From the NCBI GenBank assembly GCA_024679065.1, contig JAGIQG010000009.1, positions 91,574,001 through 91,638,000 on the forward strand: DNA of 64,000 bases, written 5' to 3'. The stretch is from Sphyrna mokarran (Eukaryota). The position numbers were made by a program, and so were the translations under genes. Below, in pieces: positions 9,570 through 22,469 of this stretch (the first letter of the stretch is position 1; the number at the start of each line of letters is the position of its first letter). The notes beneath the pieces are model-generated. The model saw only the letters and a list, made by a program, of their open reading frames with translations, did not search any database and was not told the origin of the DNA.

Positions 9570-11470
9570 TCTGGAATACGAGGAAAGTGGAAAGAAAGTT
9601 AAGCAAGGATTAAGGAGGGATAAAAAGCATCATACAAAAACACTGGCCAGCAGGATTAAGGAAAATCCCAAGGCTTTTTATACATAAGTAAAGAGCAAGA
9701 GGGTAGCCATGGAAAGGATTGGCCCACTCAAAGACAAGGGAGGGAATGTATGTGTGGAGTCAGAGGTAATGGGCAAAATATTAAATAAATAGTTTGCATC
9801 AGTATTCACCAAAGAGAATGACTTGGTGGATGATGAGTCTAGGAAAAGATGGGTAGATAGTTTGAATGATGTTGAGATCAAAAAGGAGAGGTATTGGGGT
9901 TCTTGAGAGACATTAAAGTAGAAATGTCCCCAGGGGCTAATGGGATATACCCCAGAATACTGAGAGAGACAAGGGAGGAAATTGCTGAGGCCTTGAGAGA
10001 AATCTTTGTATCTTCACTGGCTCCAGGGGAGGTCCCAAAGGATTGGAGAATTGCCAATGTTGTTCCTTTGTTTAAGAAGGGTAGCAAGAATAATCCAGGT
10101 AATTACAGGCTGGATCATCAGTGGTAGGGAAATTATTGGAGAGGATTCTTCGAGACAGGATTTATTCCCACTTGGAAATAAGTAGACATATTAGTGAGAG
10201 ACAACATGGTTTTGTGAAGGGGAGATCATGTCTCACAAACTTCATCGAGTTTTTCAAGAAAGTGATGAAGATGATTGATGAGGGTAGGGCAGTGGATGTT
10301 GTCTACATGGACTTCAGTAAGGCCCTTGACAGGATCCCTCATGACAGACTGATGTAAAAGGTAAAGTCACATGGGATCAGAGATGAGCTGACAAAGTGGA
10401 TATAAAACTAGCTCGGTCAAAGAAGACAGAGGGTAGCAGTGGAAGGATGCATTTCTGAATAGAAGGCTGTGACTAGTGCTGTTCCTCAGGGATCAGTGCT
10501 GAGATCGTCGCTGTTTGTAACATATATAAATGATTTGCAGGAAAATGTAACTGATTCGATTAGAAAGTTTGCAGACGACACAAATGTTGGCGGTTTTGAT
10601 GATAGCAATGATGAACATCAAAGGATACAGCAGGACATAGATCAGTTGGAGAATTGCAGATGGGGTTTAATCCAGACAAATGTGAGGTAATACATTTTGG
10701 AAGGTCTAATACGGATAGAAAATGTACAGTAAATGGTAGAATCCTTAAGAGTATTGATAGGCAAAGGGATCTGAATGTACAGGTACACAGGTCACTCACT
10801 GAAAGTGACAATAGAGGTAGAGAAGGTGGTCAGGAAAGCAAATGATATGCTTGCCTTCATTGGACGGGCGATTGAGTTTAAAAATTTGCAAGTCATGTTG
10901 ACGCTTTATAGAATCTTAGTTAGGCCGCACTTGGAATATAGTGTTCAATTCTGGTCACCACATTACCAGCAGGATGTGGAAGCTTTGGAGAGAGTATAGA
11001 AAAAATGTACCAGGATGTTGCCAGATATGGAGGGCATTAGCTATGAGGAGAGATCGAGAAACTTGGTTTGTTCTCACTGGAACGACAGAGATTGAGGGGT
11101 GACTTGATAGAAGTCTACAAGATAATGAGAGGCATGGACTGAGTGGATAGTCAGAAGCTTTTTCCCAGGGTGGAAGAGTCATTTACTAGAGGGCACAGGT
11201 TTAAGATGCAAGAGTTTAAAGGAAACGTATGAGGCAGATTTTTTTACACAGAGAGCAGTGGGTGCCTGGAACGTGTTGCTGGGGGAGGTAGTGGAAGCAG
11301 AGACTGTACTGACTTTTAAGGGGCGTCTTGACAAGTATACGAATAGGATGGGAATAGAGGGATATGGTGTCGGAAAGATAGGAGGTTTTAGACCAGTGAG
11401 GCAGCATGGTCAGTGCAGGCTTGGAGGGTCAAAGGGCCTGTTCCTGTGCTCTAATTTTCTTTGTTCTCTT
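9570..11470 (+). mobile_element. CR1 LINE ORF2 (RT) remnant with 3' end
   Basis: PGANGIYPRIL, QHGFVKGRSCLTN, YMDFSKA, VPQGSVL, KFADDT; many stops and frameshifts. Confidence 0.92.
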
Positions 11471-14212
11471 GCACTGAACCTTGTGTTATCTGTTACAGGA
11501 AATGATCCAGATGCATTAAACCCTCCCACTCCGCTCCTCCTAAGATGCACAATGGCAGCTGGAAGAAAACCTCGGAGGAAGGCCCCAAGGAAATTGTCAA
11601 GCTCAGCATTTGTCAATTGACACCAGCTTCCACCACACAATCCACCAGCGCAGATACGATCAGCTCAGTGGGACAAGTTAGTGCTGAGGCTTCTGGGTCA
11701 ATTACTGGTGGGCACCACACAGCCTTTAATCTACATCGGGTGAAGGTGGGAATGTCGACGGTTCGGGCACACGGAGTTCTTCCAGAGCTAAGGATGCATC
11801 TGGCCCCAAGCCAAGTGCTAGGCCTCTGGGATCGGTCATCCCGAAATTGCTGGAGCTCCATCAGCAGCAGTGGTGGAGGGACTGTCAGCAACACTGCATC
11901 AACTGTGAGGCTTTTGGAGGAATCTAACAGATTTCTGTCACAGGAGGTGGTACCGGTACAGTGTGGTACTCAGACTAACACTGCAAGGGTCGCATCCACA
12001 GTGGAAAGCCTGGGGTAAGGATTGGTCACCATGGTTGACAGGATGCAGACCATCCTGGAGACACAGCCATGGCTGCGAGCCTCAAACTTGATCCAGTCTC
12101 AGGGGGCATCGCTGAGGGCTTGTACACCATGGGGCAGATGTAGTTGGGGATTCCAGGACTGACAGAGCCAGGTGATGCTGAGGCTTTTGGAGATGACTCC
12201 AGCTGGCCACCATCCAATGGAGTATCCCAGGTACATGTGGGCACTCTGAGTGGGAAGATTTGGAGCCCATGCTGGGGCCTTCCCTTCCTCACACTGGAGC
12301 ATCTCACGGGCAGCAGGATGAACAGGGTGGCATGGCTACACCAGTGTCATCCACAAGACAGCCAAAGACCTCCAGGTATCAGCGCCCCCCAGGGGTCTCC
12401 CATCAATGGGATCACAGACCATGGGGTGAGGAATGCAGTAGGATGTCTCCCCATCAATGTGCATCCTGACGGGTCACTCTGGTGCAGTAAAAGGCCTTGT
12501 AAAATTCAGAAGTTCTAATGTCATCAGGATGGCAGAAGTTAACGTTTGCACTAGTCAGAAAAAGGACATTACATACTGTTTAGAATGACATACCCCTGTT
12601 ATATTGTACAATTAAATATCATCCCTTCATGTTATTTGTACTGTTAGTTGCACCAAGAAATATTATTGCACCCCCAGCTGTGACTAATCTTTCTGTGATT
12701 CCTACCCTACAGGGATGACCGTATCCTGACCGCACACAAAGAGGCGCAGAACGTCATGCTGTGTGACAGAGGCCCTTCGGCCAGTAGGCACAGACAGCCT
12801 GCCCTGGTATCTCCAGCACCCACTACACTCTGTGGCAAACTGCCCCCCTCTGCACCCACAGGGTTTTGTTCCCCCCTTAAACCCACACAGCCCACTGACT
12901 GCACGTTTATATCCGAGGCCCACATTCATACGTGTGCCCAGGTGCCAGTGTAAATAGAGAGGGCAGGTAGGATTCAGATCTGTGTGGCACCAGAGCAGCA
13001 TCACAGTGTGTCGCAAATTGAGTCATCATCACCCTCCTGCCTGGACCAAGGACTCACTAGCGTGCCCAGCCCACTCCCATCACCCTGGTGTGATGCCATT
13101 TGGATCCTTGTCCCCCACCAGCCATCCCGGCAGCCTGAGCTGGTCCTCAAAGAGCCCCGGGAACTCCGGAGGATGTCGCTGTTGTACACACACTCCCTGG
13201 GTGTTGTACACACACGTACATGATATTCAGCCTGTGGTCATGGACAGTCTGCACATTCAGGAAGTGGAACCCCTTCCTATTGATGAAGTGCAGTCCCTGA
13301 TCATGTGGGATCCACTGAATAATGTGAATGCCATCTCCAGCCCTCTGCACATGGGGCAGTGCAGTGATGGTGGTGAAATCTGCAGCCTGGGCTTCCTGTT
13401 GGGCCTGATCCATGTTGAAGTGGATGTAATTGGCTGGATTCCTGGAAGAATCTGGTGGTGTAGATATTGAGGGCACCATGACCTTCACTGCCACAGGGAG
13501 TGGGTGTCCTCCTGTGCCTCGAGTTCCCAGGTCTGAGGAGCTGAAACAGGTGCCACACTGTCTCCTTACTGAGACGGAGCCTGCAGCATCATGTGGCCTC
13601 CATCATCCCTGCAAAGCATCTACAAGTCCTGTACGCCCTGAGCCTCCACATCCTCCTTCCCCTGCCCCCCTCCCCTGTGGCAGGATGTACTGCCATGTCC
13701 TGGCCCTGACCGGCAGCCCCCTGCCCTCCTGCTGTGGCTTCTGCCTTCTGGCCACACAGGGAGGAAAGAGGAGTGGGTTTCCCAGGCTACCCATTGCGGA
13801 CCCTTGAAGCTTGGGTATGGGTGCTATCACCGCAGTACCTTCCAGGGACATGTTGCATTTCAGACAGTCGGGACAGGGACAGCCTCGTGACTATCACAGG
13901 ATGGGTTCCCATCGCAGGCAGCAGTGCAGAGTCCAGGCAGTGTGAAGAACCATGTTAACAACTGCACAGCTCCTGTGCTTGGAGCAGCAGCTGACAGAGC
14001 TGCTGTCTGTTACTGTTATTGGGCCTGGGATACAAAGTCTGGAGTCAGCTGCAGTGCCTGTCCAGCAGACAGACAGCAAAACAAACAGGTCAGTATTTGT
14101 GGGTTGGTGATGAACATTATGTGGCACCTTTCGGGGGTCTCTGTGTAGCCAGGGGAAATGTGTGCACCATGAACCTGCTGCAAATGGTGACTCCCAGCAC
14201 TGGTCCCCCCAG

Positions 14213-14553
14213 GGGAGGAGGTGGTGTTGTGGCCCTGTCGCTGGACTAATCCAGAGACCCAGGGGAATACTCTGGGTACCTGGATTCGAATCCCACCATG
14301 GCAGTGGTGAAATTTGAATTCAATAGAAGTCTGGAATTAAAAATCTAATGGTGACCAGAAACTGTTATCGATTGTCACAAATACCCATCTGGCTCACTAA
14401 TGTCCTTTAGGGAAGAAAATCTGCCATCCTTACCTGGTCTGGTCTACATGTGACTCCAGACCCACAGCAATATGGTTGAGTCTTAAATGCTCTCAGGAAT
14501 GGGTAATAAATGCTGGCCCAGCCAGTGACACCCACATCCCAGGAACAAATAAA
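14213..14553 (+). mobile_element. tRNA-derived SINE (second family) nested in the Harbinger element
   Basis: B-box GGATTCGAATCCC; tail AATAAATGCTGGCCCAGCCAGTGACACCCACATCCC-A-rich; paralogs at about 53575-53905 and 43463-43548. Confidence 0.65.
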
Positions 14554-15664
14554 AAATCCCCCACCCCACCCCAGTAACATTGCAGCTCCTGAGTATCCGG
14601 TGCCCCCTTTCCCCCTGAACTCCGGGGGGCTGCCCCTCAATGGGACTTTCCTCCTCACTCTCCTTCGCTATTGCTGCCCCAGGCCCAGACTTTTATAAAC
14701 TATCTGTGATTCATGCTGGAGTGATGTCACGCTGGAGAGGAGGGTAAGGTATGGGAGGGGGAAAAGGGCTGTGCCAAACTCTAATGATATGTACACCTAT
14801 AAAAATCCATGGAAATTGACGTCCCGCCGGAAAAAAATGGCCTGGGAGAATCCCAAACCACCTGACACCGAGCGCAAATTTGATTGTTCGGCCCACGGTC
14901 CATTTCCTTCCCCACTACACCAGTGAACCAGTGCAGCAGGGTGGAAAGATCACAGCATCAAGGACCCAGGTTCAATTCCAGGATAAATGCATGGAGTTGT
15001 GGGGATAGGTCTGGGTGGGACTGTGATCAGTGCAGACTTGATGGGCCGAAAGGCCTCCTTCCGCGCTGTAAGGATTCTATGAGGGAGATGGACAATCCAG
15101 AGCAGGATCTTCACTGACCTTCACAGAGCTTTTTAATTCCCCTTTATACATGCTCATGAGTACATCCTCAGTTTGGAAAAGTCTAGGAATCACCAAGCAG
15201 GAATATTCCGATTTAAATTTCACTCCCAGCTGTGGCTGCCTGGAAACACTCTCACCTCTGACTCAGTATGTTCTGGATTGAAGCTCCCGTTCCAGAGACT
15301 GGGCTGCACACACAGTGTATTACTGACAGAATGCTGCACTGTCAGAGGATCAGTCCTGAGGGAGAACTTTCCTCACAGATTAATGGAATAGATCCCGGGA
15401 CAGAGCAGGATGATCAGAAACTGGATCAATACTGATCCCTGAGACAACATCATCCATGTAGATTGTCTAATCAGAGTTTCCTGCACCATAACAGTGAGGA
15501 CACTAGAAAAGGTATTTCATTGGCTGGAAAGAGCTTTGATGCATCCTGGTGTTGTGAAGTCTTTCTGTATCTGCTTTCTCTCTCACACCTTTTGTCAAAA
15601 CACAATGGTAACTTTGGAATCTAACGTCACTGCTCCCAAATCAAAGTACGGATTTTAATTTGTT

Positions 15665-18600
15665 AAGAACATAAGAACCAGGAGCAGGAATCGGCCATCT
15701 GGACCCTCAAACCTGCTCCGCCATTCAATAAGATCATGGCTGATCTTCTTATGGACTCAGCTCCACTTACCTGCCCGCTCACCGTAACCCTTAATTCCTT
15801 TACTGTTCAAAAATGTATCTATCCTTGCCTTGAAAACATTCAATGGGATAGCCTCAACGACTTCACTGGGCAGGGAATTCCACAGATTCACAAGCCTTTG
15901 TGAAGAAGTTCCTCCTCAACTCAGTCCTAAATCTGCTTCCCCTTATTTTGAGGCCATGCTGCCAAGTTCTAGTTTCACCCGCCAGTGGAAACAACTTTCC
16001 TGCTTCTATCTTATTTATTCCTTTCATAATCTTAGATGTTTCTCTCAGATTCCCCTCATTCTTCTGAATTCCAATGAGTATAACCCCATCCGTCTCTTCT
16101 CATAAGCCAACCCTCTCAACTCCGCAATCTACCTAGTGAATCTCCTCTGCACCTCCTTCATTGCTAGTATATCCTTTCTCAAGTAAGGAATCCAAAACAC
16201 GTGAGGTATGGCCTCAGCAGCACCTTATACAGTTGCAACATAATCTCACTGTTTTTAAACTCTATCCCTCTGGCAATGAAGAACAAAATCCCATTTGCCT
16301 TTTTAATTACCTGCTGCACCTGCAAACCAAATCCTTGAGATTCCTGCACAAGGAGACCCAGGTCCCTCTGCAGAGCAGCATGCTTCAACCTTTTACCATT
16401 CAAATAATCGTACATTTTGTTGTTATTCCTACCAAAATGGCTGACCTCACATTTAGCAACATTGTACTCCATCTGCCGGACTCTTGCCTACTCACTTAGA
16501 TTATCTATATACTTTTGCAGACTTTTGGCATCCTCTGCACACTTTGCTCTTTATCCATCTTAGTGTTATCTGTGAATTTTAATATACTACACTTGGTTCC
16601 CAACTTCAAATCATCTATGTAAATCATAAATTACTGTGGTCACAAAACTGATCCCTGAGGCACACCACAGGTCACTGATCACTACAAAAACACCCACTTA
16701 CTCCTACTCTTTGCTTTCTGTCAGTTAACCAATCCTCTATCCATGCTAATACATTACCCTGTAACATTGGGCACCTTTATGTAGCAATCTTTGGTGCCGC
16801 ACCTTGTCAAATGCCTTCTGGAAATCCGGATATATCACATCCACAGGTTCCCCATTGTCCACTGCACATGTAATGTTCTCAAAGAATTCCACCAAGTCCA
16901 TCAAACATGACCTGTCCTTCATGAATCCATGCTGTGTCTTACCAATGAGACTACTTATATCCAGATATCTCACTATTTCTTCTTTGATGGTAGATTCAAG
17001 CATTTTCCTTACTTCAGGAGTTAAGCTTATCGGCCTGGAGTTAACTACCTTTTATCTATCTCCTTTTTTAAACAGTGGCATTGTTTTCCAATCTGTGGGA
17101 AAATTCAGTGAATTTTGGTAAATTACCACTAGTGCATTTGTTATTTCCCCCTGACATCTCTTTTAGTATCCTGGGATACATTCCATCAGGACTACAAGAC
17201 TTGTCTATCTTCAGCCCCATTAACTTGCCCAACACTCCCTCTTTTGTGATAATGGTAGTTTCTCATTTCTCACCTGCCATAGCCTTCCTGTCATCAATGT
17301 TTGACATGTTATTTGTGTCTTCCACTGTGAAGATTGAACAGATATTTTGTGTCAATGCCTCAGCCATTTTCTCATTCCAGTTATTACACCCCGTTTTTCA
17401 TTCTCTATGGAACCAATCTTTATTTTCACCACTCTTTTTCGTTTTATATATTTGTAGAAACTTTCACTATCTGTTTTCATATCCTGAGCTAGTTTACTCT
17501 CATAATCCATCTAACCTTTCTTTATAGCTCTCTTTGTGATTTTCTGCTGACCTTTAAAGATTTCTCAATCCTCCAGGTTCCCACCAATCTTTGCCATTTT
17601 CTATGCATTTTCTTTCAATCTGATTGGTTGATTGAAATTCAATTTCAAGGGGTGTAGAGTACAAGAGCTGGCCTTTAATGTTGCCGTTGTATAAAACGTT
17701 GGTTAGACCTCATTTGGAATATTGCGTCCAGTTCTGGTCGCCTTACTACTGTAAGGACGTGGAGACTCTGGAGAGAGTGCAGAGGAGGTTTACCAGGATG
17801 CTGCCTGGTATGGAAGGTCTGAGTTACGAGGAGAGGTTAGGCAAATTGGGACTGTTTTCCTTAGAAAGACATAGACTTAGAGGCGATCTAATAGAGGTGT
17901 ACAAGATTACAAAGGGGATAGATAGAGTAAACAGGCTTAAGCTTTTTCCTAGGATGGACTCAAATAGCAAGAGGGGTCACGGGCTTAGGGTGAGAGGGAT
18001 AAGGTATAATTTAGATGCTAAAGGGAGTTTTGTCACACAGAGGGTGGTGGGGGTATGGAATGCGCTGCCAAGTAATGAAGGCAGGTACTCTGGAGTTATT
18101 TAAGAAATACTGAGATGGGCACATGAACAGAATGGGAATGGAGGGGTATAGAAAACTGATTTAAAATAGGGATCATGAGCCTTGGGAGTCCCTGGGAAGT
18201 GAGTAAATAGATGATGATATTGATGTCCTTGTTTTTATCCTACAGGTGCTTTGGTCCACCTTGTTGTCTAACAAGGGGCATACACGCGATGGGTCATGAG
18301 AGGGCTGCTCTTGGATCTTTTTCGAGAGTATCCTAGTGCTTCACGTCATTAATGTCCGCTTGACCTGGACCATTTGATGGGCAACACGACAGCTCAGTGA
18401 CTATCGCTGTGCTGTGAAGCTACATGGATTTGGGCCTGTGTCTGTGGGAGTTTGCGCATTCTCCCCGTGCTTACGTGGGTTTTCTTCAGGAGCTCCGGTT
18501 TCCTCCCACATCCCAAAGATGTGCTCTTAGGCTAATTGGCAAAACAAATTCTCTCCAAATTGTCTCAAATTTGGTTTTTAATCCATAGATCTATAAATAT

Positions 18601-20530
18601 GGACAGGGATCGTGAGTAGAGGTGGGAACAGCGGCGTGGGCTTGTGGGGCTGAATGGCCTGTTTCCTGTGCTGTTTTGTTCTTTGTTATTTGATTCTCTC
18701 TTTTATTTCCTCAGATATCCATGGCTGATTATCTCTTTTTCTACAGTCCTTCCTTATCACTGATGTATACCTTTGATCAGCACTGGGAAAGGTCGTTTTG
18801 AAAGTCTTTCACTGTTCCTCAATTGTCCCAGTATAAAGTTTTTGCTCCCAGTTTACCTTAACCATTCCTGACTCATCCCTTTATAGTTCCCTTTGTTTAA
18901 ACATAAGCCAATAGTATTTGATTTTACGTTCTCATGCTCCATCTGTGTTTTAAATTCAACCACAGTGTGATCTCTTCTTCCAAGGGAATCCCTAACTGCA
19001 AAATCATTCATTATTCCCGACTCATTCCCCAGGATAACTTGCTCCCTCATCGGTTCCATTCCATACTGTTCAAGGAAGCTATCGTGGATTCATTCTATGA
19101 ACTCCTCCTCAAGGCTGCCTTGACCGACCTGGTTTGACCAATTGATATTTAGATTAAAATCCCCCATGATAATTGCTGTACCATTTTTACATCCATCAGT
19201 TATTTCTTTGTTTATTTCTCACCCCATCATGATGTTATTATTTGTTGGTTTATAGACTAAGCCAATCAGTGACTTTTTCTCCTTACTATTTCTAATTTCC
19301 ACTCAAATGGATTCAACCGTTTTTCCATAGAACCTATATCATTTTTCATTATCGCTCTGATATCATCCTTAAATATCACAGTTACACCATTTCCATTATC
19401 TTCCTGTCGATCCCTCCAAACAGTTTGATACCCCTCAATATTCAACTCCCAGTCGTGACCATCCTGGAACTCTCTCTGTAATGGCCACCAAATCATACTC
19501 GTTCACAATGATCTGTACTGTCAACTCATTTACCTTGTTTTGAATACCACAAGCATTCCGATGAAGTGCCCTTATGGTAGTTGTTTACTTTCTTTTTGAA
19601 TTCTAACATTTCCATTAATAACATCTCCTCAGTTCTCCTTCCATTTAATTTTTTTTCTGATTTTTGATGGAGTTGGAACTTTCTCCCCACATTTTGTCCT
19701 TGCTCTCTCCTTATCGGACTCCTTACATTGGTTCCCATCCCCCTGGCATTATTAGTTGAAACTCTCCCCAAATGCTTCAGCAAACACACCCCCACGGTCA
19801 ACAGTCCCAGTCCTGTCCAGGTGTAACCTGTCCAATTTGTACAGGTCCCGCCTCCCCTAGAACCAGTGCTAATGCCCCAGAAATCTGAAACCTTCCTCCT
19901 GACACCATCTCTTCACTCTCCCCCTTCACAAAGCCTTGCTCCGAGACATCCTTGACCCTAGCACCAGGGAGGCAACATACTATCTCTTACAGCTACAGAA
20001 ATGCCTGTCTATTGCCCTTACAATTGAATCCCCTATAACTATTAGACTATAACTAATCTACACAGTAAAACTGGCACACTTTTTACCCCTCATGTCTGCA
20101 ACAGAACCAACCTTGGTGCAATGAGTTTAGCTGCTGTTGCTTTCCCTAGAGAGGTCATTCCCTCAACAGGATCCAAAGCAGTATATCTGTTTTGCAGGGG
20201 AATGGTCACTGGAGATTCCTGCACTAACTACCTATCTCTCTTGCTCTGAAGGAGGTCACCCATTCTTTTCCTGCCTGTGGAGTTTGAGCCTGCAGTGTGA
20301 CCAACTCTCTATACCTGCTATCCACAATACTCTCTGACTCGTGGTTGCTCCACAGTGTCTTCATCCGCCGCTCCAGTTCTGAAACTCAAGCTTCCAGGAG
20401 CTGTCGCTGGAGACACTTCCCCTACACATACTGACCCAGGAGACTGGAACTGTCCCCAACCTGCCGCATGGAGCAAGAGGAACAAACCACTGCTTGGAGC
20501 TCTCCTGTCATGTCTTACCCCTTTCAATTA
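15665..20530 (-). mobile_element. Near full-length decayed CR1 LINE (ORF1 remnant, endonuclease, RT), split by a younger CR1
   Basis: QHGFMKDRSCL, DFQKAFDKV, DWELNIEGY; ORF1-like segment at about 19900-20520. Uninterrupted paralog at 55168-58440. Confidence 0.85.
17645..18690 (+). mobile_element. CR1 3' fragment with composite 3' UTR (hairpin module plus V-SINE domain)
   Basis: [18 protein letters not shown] 17678-18103; absent from the paralogous site near 57135; same family at 30945-32805 and 40118-43450. Confidence 0.88.
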
Positions 20531-21435
20531 AACTTTTGAATGATCTTATGTTTCAGATATATACAATTTTCTTTCTTTTCTGTTCCTCGTTACAACCGAG
20601 CATGACCTTTTCAAACTATAAACCACAGAAATTATACAGAAACACTATAATAGTGTACACCAACTACAATGCCAAGAGCAAAAAGAAACAATATTCCCAA
20701 TCAGCACTCTCGCTTGTAGCCTCTGCTGCCTATTTCACCTAACTCCCTGTGTCCATCCAACTCCCAAAGCACTCCTCCTTAACGTTTCTCCTTACTCCAG
20801 CACTCTGTGCAGGAAAATTATAACAGTAAACCAGCCAGGAGGTGAACCTGGAATGTTCTGATCTTGTTTTCTGCTGCTAATATTTTATCTTTTCCTCTTT
20901 GGTACTACAAGGTACTTGGTTACTAAATCTCCTGTGTTATCTACAGCTCTGCCTGTCAATCTTTAATGGTTCCATATCTCACAGAGTCACTCATTTACTG
21001 TTAATATATTTCAGTAAACTTTTACCATTAGTCTTTATATTACCTACACATTTTCACAATGGCCTTTATCTCAATTTAATCTTTCTGTTCCTCCATTTTT
21101 CCCTCTGTTTCTGGATATTTCCACTTTAATTGCTCCAAGCTTCTCAGATCAGGTGTTTTGAACATACAAACATGGATCAGGAGTAGGCAATTCGGCCCCT
21201 CGAGTCTGCTCTGTTATTCTGTGGCTGATGTGATTGTGATCTGAACTCTACTTTCCTCTCAATCTCTCTGTACACTTTCACTCCCGTGTCAGTCATGATG
21301 TTATCTAACATTTATATCTGACAGATACACAATAATGTCTGAGTGAACATCACCCATTTCAAACTCTCACCAAAAGATTCAAATTCACCCCAGAGAGAGA
21401 GAGAGTGAGAATGGGAGAGTGAATTCTGTACTTAC

Positions 21436-21487
21436 CGGGAGAGACCCAGGAAAAACACAGGGAGATGGAGAAAAGGATCAGCAACAT
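21436..21487 (-). CDS. Gene A leader (signal peptide) exon MLLILFSISLCFSWVSP(D)
   Basis: ATG plus 52 nt, hydrophobic, G|GTAAGT phase-1 donor matching the alpha1 acceptor; nearest intact leader upstream of alpha1-A. Confidence 0.82.
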
Positions 21488-21544
21488 TCTGGGAATCCAC
21501 TGTCCCAATTCCAATCAGTGATTGGGAATTAAACATTCTGAGGG

Positions 21545-21730
21545 TGAAACAGCTTGATAAACTGGGGGAAAAACACGAAAAAACAAAAACTTTCTCCAGA
21601 CTTCATTTTCCTGTCTAAATCGAGCATTTCCTTCTTGTAGAACCAGAGGGTGACTGATTGGTTAGTCTCAGAAAATTAACCAATGAAAGAGATAAACAGC
21701 CAGCCTGTCACTAGTTACCCGGAAGATCAA
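21545..21730 (-). promoter_or_regulatory. Class I-like proximal promoter: X-like, Y (ATTGG), CCAAT; TATA mutated; ISRE absent
   Basis: Minus strand CCGGGTAACTAGTGACAGG (21704-21722), ATTGG 21680-21684, CCAATCA 21655-21661; TATCAA at the TATA position. Confidence 0.6.
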
Positions 21731-21745
21731 ACTCACTCAGGTTCA

Positions 21746-22083
21746 GTAGGGAAGGCTTGCGAAAACTACACAAGGCACCAGTTAGACCACATCTGGAAAA
21801 CTGTCCCCTTTAGTCCCCTTATCTAAGAGAAAATATACTAGCATTGGAAGCAGTGCAGAGAAGATTCACTAGATTGAGCCCAGGTGTGGAGGGATTTTCT
21901 TATGAGGAGAGGTTGAGTAGATTGGGCCCGTACTCATTGGAGTTTAGAAGAATGAGAGGTGACCTGATTGAAATGTATAAAATTCCCAGAGGGTTTGACA
22001 GTGTAGATGCTGAGAGGATGTTTCCCCCTGTGGGAGAGTCTAGGACCAGAGAGTAGAATCTCAGAGTAAGGTGTCACCCATTT
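21746..22083 (+). mobile_element. CR1 RT C-terminal fragment
   Basis: EAVQRRFTRL...YEERLSRLG. Confidence 0.85.
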
Positions 22084-22159
22084 CAAACTCTCACCAAAAG
22101 ATTCAAATTCACCCCAGAGAGAGAGAGAGTGAGAATAGGAGAGTGAATTCTGTACTTAG

Positions 22160-22211
22160 CGGGAGACACCCAGGAAAAACACAGGGAGATGGAGAAAAGG
22201 ATCAGCAACAT
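22160..22211 (-). pseudogene. Orphan leader exon copy with dead donor (CTAAGT) and no promoter
   Basis: 52-nt copy of the leader; GT changed to CT; homology to the promoter ends about 50 nt upstream of the ATG. Confidence 0.8.
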
Positions 22212-22433
22212 TCTGGGAATCCACTGTCCCAATTCCAATCAGTGACTGGGAATTAAACATTCGAAGGAGGAAACTAATATTGTTTATTGTGATCGGAAAA
22301 CATAAAAAAAATGTTGATAAGGGCTCCAGTTGCCTGTCTTCATTAAAATGTGATCAGTTCCCTGACGTTAAGCCACACAGTAAGAATTTAGTAACACCAA
22401 TTTTAAATCGAACCGATTTATTTGATAGTAAAA

Positions 22434-22469
22434 TTGCGAGCTTTCAACACTCTGTTCTTCCTCAGGCAA
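22434..22469 (-). ncRNA. Minimal type I hammerhead ribozyme motif (left Penelope arm)
   Basis: TTGC-CTGAGGA-AGAACAGAGTGTT-GAAA-GC-TC-GCAA. Confidence 0.65.

Larger units (their letters stand above)
8586..14894. mobile_element. Decayed PIF/Harbinger DNA transposon: Myb/SANT-like gene on +, DDE transposase on -, interrupted by CR1 and SINE insertions
   Basis: 8600-8700 (+) WEAV...RTGDQCQKRMNNL (trihelix/Myb-SANT like); 12700-13600 (-) LPHVQRAGDGIHI...FINRKGFHFLNVQ...PGSV (DDE_Tnp_4-like, frameshifted); right end GGCCC at about 14894. Confidence 0.75.

Noticed and set aside
12700-13600. Domesticated HARBI1 gene
   Set aside because: Multiple frameshifts, duplicated with flanking repeats, and accompanied by Myb-like and terminal remnants of a transposon.
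21488-21532. Iron-responsive element in the 5' UTR (TGGGA-CAGTGG-ATTCCCA and neighbouring hairpin)
   Set aside because: No bulged C five bases before the loop and the loop would be 8 nt; it does not fit the IRE consensus.
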